A DNA stretch of 64,000 nucleotides from Convolutriloba macropyga (lineage: Eukaryota): positions 20,088,001 through 20,152,000 of the forward strand of contig NC_134474.1 in the NCBI RefSeq assembly GCF_964194025.1. The letters run 5' to 3'. The stretch's first letter is position 1. Each line of letters opens with the position of its first letter. The notes under the pieces were generated by a model, which had not been told where the DNA came from, ran no database searches, and saw nothing but the letters and a program-made list of their open reading frames with translations. Below, piece by piece: positions 61,360-64,000 of this stretch. Both the position numbers and the translations under genes were made by a program.

Positions 61360-63178
61360 GTTAGTCACAAAGCGATAGCGGCTATTATTGGGGACATCGT
61401 GGGTTTTTTACAATCCAAAGGATTTGGATTTTATTGGCGTGCTGTCTTTTTTAAAGATCTGTTCACGCTTTTTTCGGCTTTTTCACGTCAGTGAGAAGTC
61501 AAATTAGAGTGGTGATTTTAGTCACGCTGAAATAGTAAAGGGAGCGAAAATGAGAGTAGGTTTAAGGCGTGATTTTTTTCAAACTACTTTTAAAGCGGAG
61601 TCAGAAATTGGTGTTTGAACAAATTTTCGGTTTTTGAGCGGGAGCTTTTTTTCACGTGCGTCAATTTGACTTGTTTTCATTGAGTAACTTCTGTTTGCAT
61701 GAATTTGACTTCTGATGTCATGCGTTTTCTTTTCCTTGAGTGCTTTAGTATGATACATATGTGTTCTAATTGAGCGTAGTTAAAATTGCCAGAATTCATC
61801 AATGGGCAGCTGAAACTTTTTATGACCTGAACAATTTTTGGTCAAAAAATATTAGAGAATATTTGATTTTACCCTCTTTAAAAAATTATTTCTGTTGTCT
61901 TATCACTTAGTTTCATCAATGACATGTCTCATTGGTTGATAATGAGGCACAAAAGAACATAGTTAATGGCCTGAGTTAACAGCTTATTAGTTTTCATGAC
62001 TTTAGCACTACTTTTTCTCTAAAATTATGAGTTAATTTTTGAGTTTTCTTTGTATTTTTGTAATATTTGTTGTCTTATTGTTTATTCTCATTAATAACAT
62101 GCCTCATAGATTGCTAATAGGGGTTATTTTAGTCGATTAAATTGGTTCTGTTCAAAGCTGATGCTTTCTATGACTTTCAGATCAATTGTTTTCAATAAAT
62201 ATTGTAGAATTTTTGAGTTTTGCAAGTTTTTGTTAACTTTATTATCTTTCTCATTTGTGTCATTTGACTCAATTTGTCTCATTATTGACTGTTATCATTG
62301 GTTTCTAAAAAACTATTCTTTTTTAAAAATCTTTTCAATTCATATCTATTGCTTTCTTTTGACGTATACGCTGCCCTTTTTAAAAAAATTCTTGTGAATT
62401 TTTTTTAGTTTTGCAAGTATTTATTGAACTTGCTGTCTTATCACTTAACCTCGTTAATGACATGTTTCATCGATTGATAATGAGAAACAGGGGATTTTAA
62501 TTAGTGGCATGTGTTCTTAGAAGTTGTTTTTTGATTTTGACCATGTCTTTGAAAAGTAGATCTGATTTTTTAGTATTGCTTGTTTTTTGTTCTTGTGGAA
62601 AAATTGCTTAATCTCTGGTGTCAAACTAATGGTTCTCATTGGACATCTAACACGGCTTATTTTTTCTTGTCAAAGCTAAATCAAGTCTTTGGATTGTAAT
62701 TCAGGACTTGTCGTGCAATGTTTTTTTAATTCGTCGTCTATCGACGATTCTTACGCCCTGACTTCTTGGAATTGACTTTTTCAATGACTTCAGTGACTTC
62801 TACTGCTTTGCAGTTAAAGTTTGTGTGTGTGTGTGTGATGTTATTTCTGCTGTTAGCTCATCTGCGTTACTTTCCTCGCTAAAAAATGACTTCTGAACTC
62901 ACTTATGGAACTTAGGTAGTGCCAAACTTATTCGCCATAATTCTTGTGTTTGATTTCGAATATCAATTTTGAAGAAGTTATTTCAAGGCTTTTTCCTTAT
63001 AGATCGATGTGTTCTAATATTGACAGTCCTAATCTAACCCAAAGAGTCTAGTCGTCTATTAAGGGACTGGTGGTCGATCTGTATCTTATTTCTTTAGTTG
63101 TTTCAATTCATGGAAGGCCACACGCGTCTATCGTGGCTATTTTCTGGCAATCTGCCGCCCGTGTTTTTGGTATCCTAT

Positions 63179-63414
63179 TAATTGCTCTCAAACGAAGTTT
63201 TTAGCAATTATGCAAGTCCTGTTGAATTTTAAGGCGATTTTTTGCTTGACCAATTTATCGTCTGACCCATTATCGTCCTTCAAAACGGGAGAAACAGGTA
63301 GCGCTCAGCGGGCATTAAGTTCTCTTAGAGTGTGGTGCTATTGACGGAAACTGTTTTGGAGACTTATACTTATGGTGTGAAGGGCGGTTCTTAGAGGTTG
63401 AACCCCCCCCCCCC

Positions 63415-63487
<73 letters not shown>

Positions 63488-63735
63488 CCCCTGTCTCGCT
63501 TACCCCCCAATCGCCACCCCTGAACATTGTTTTGGGTCGTAAGTGCCCCATGGAGCCAAAAACCACCTCCCACCGTCCTCTCCGTGTTGCCCCCCCCCCC
63601 CCTGCCCCCGATGCGCTCACCTCAAGCCCTTCAATTAAACTAAAGCTAGCCTCACTAAACTGGCTAGCTGCTCAGGAAGCCAACCGCTCACCGGTCGTTT
63701 GAGAGCAATTCGCTCGACCTTAGTCGTTTATGTTT
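63179..63735 (+). mobile_element. Family A element with an internal (CA)n tract, in a RAD51 intron
   Basis: 5' AATTGCTCTCAAACGAAGTTTTTAGCAATT (subTIR plus partial IR), internal microsatellite, 3' TCGTTTGAGAGCAATT plus hairpin CGAC-CTTA-GTCG. Confidence 0.7.
63417..63486. repeat. (CA)35 microsatellite
   Basis: Read directly from the sequence. Confidence 0.95.
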
Positions 63736-64000
63736 AGGAAAAGCTGAATTGTAAAAGGGTAATCATATAATAAAGAACCATTCTGTTAGGTGGATTTGTT
63801 TCTGATAAGAGATCTCAACCACGCTTCAAAATAATTCTTTGAGTATGTCATAATTATTCTGAATTAGCTCTTCAATTAGAAAAATAAAAACCCCATATAT
63901 TTCTCAAAATCCAGATATGATATTTGATATTTCGTGGTTATTTGCTGGTTTTGCTTCTTCTAGGTATAAAACTTTTCTTTCGCAATTCTATTAGTCTTTT

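Noticed and set aside
63315-63620. ORFs with VCVCVC repeats
   Set aside because: Translation of the (CA)35 microsatellite.
1-64000. CRISPR arrays, rRNA, complete tRNAs, prokaryotic operons
   Set aside because: No regularly spaced short repeats or RNA-gene signatures were seen; spliceosomal introns and gene content indicate an animal genome.

Overview
AT-rich, intron- and repeat-rich metazoan genomic DNA (not prokaryotic; no rRNA, CRISPR or complete tRNA seen). Four host genes: an intronless VPS54 (+, ~10678-13488), a two-exon mitochondrial-type DnaJ gene resembling DNAJC30 (+, 29581-36641), a six-exon atlastin (-, 45453-55500) and RAD51 (+, from 55748, running off the window end), the last two head-to-head with 247 bp between their ATGs. 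The first ~10.3 kb is a near-identical ~4.6 kb tandem duplication carrying a decayed Penelope-like retroelement (RT + GIY-YIG). The most striking feature is a PHD finger inserted in frame inside the RT palm, between motif B' and the YVDD motif. The element also has a minimal hammerhead ribozyme at its 3' end and is interrupted by a MITE with a 9-bp TSD. The rest holds two CR1/L2-type LINEs (one full-length but decayed, one internally deleted), two families of Helentron-like non-autonomous elements (subterminal inverted repeats plus 3' hairpin), other MITEs, local tandem duplications and microsatellites. One atlastin intron appears to start with GG rather than GT. All calls are by eye from the sequence and the ORF track; no searches were run.
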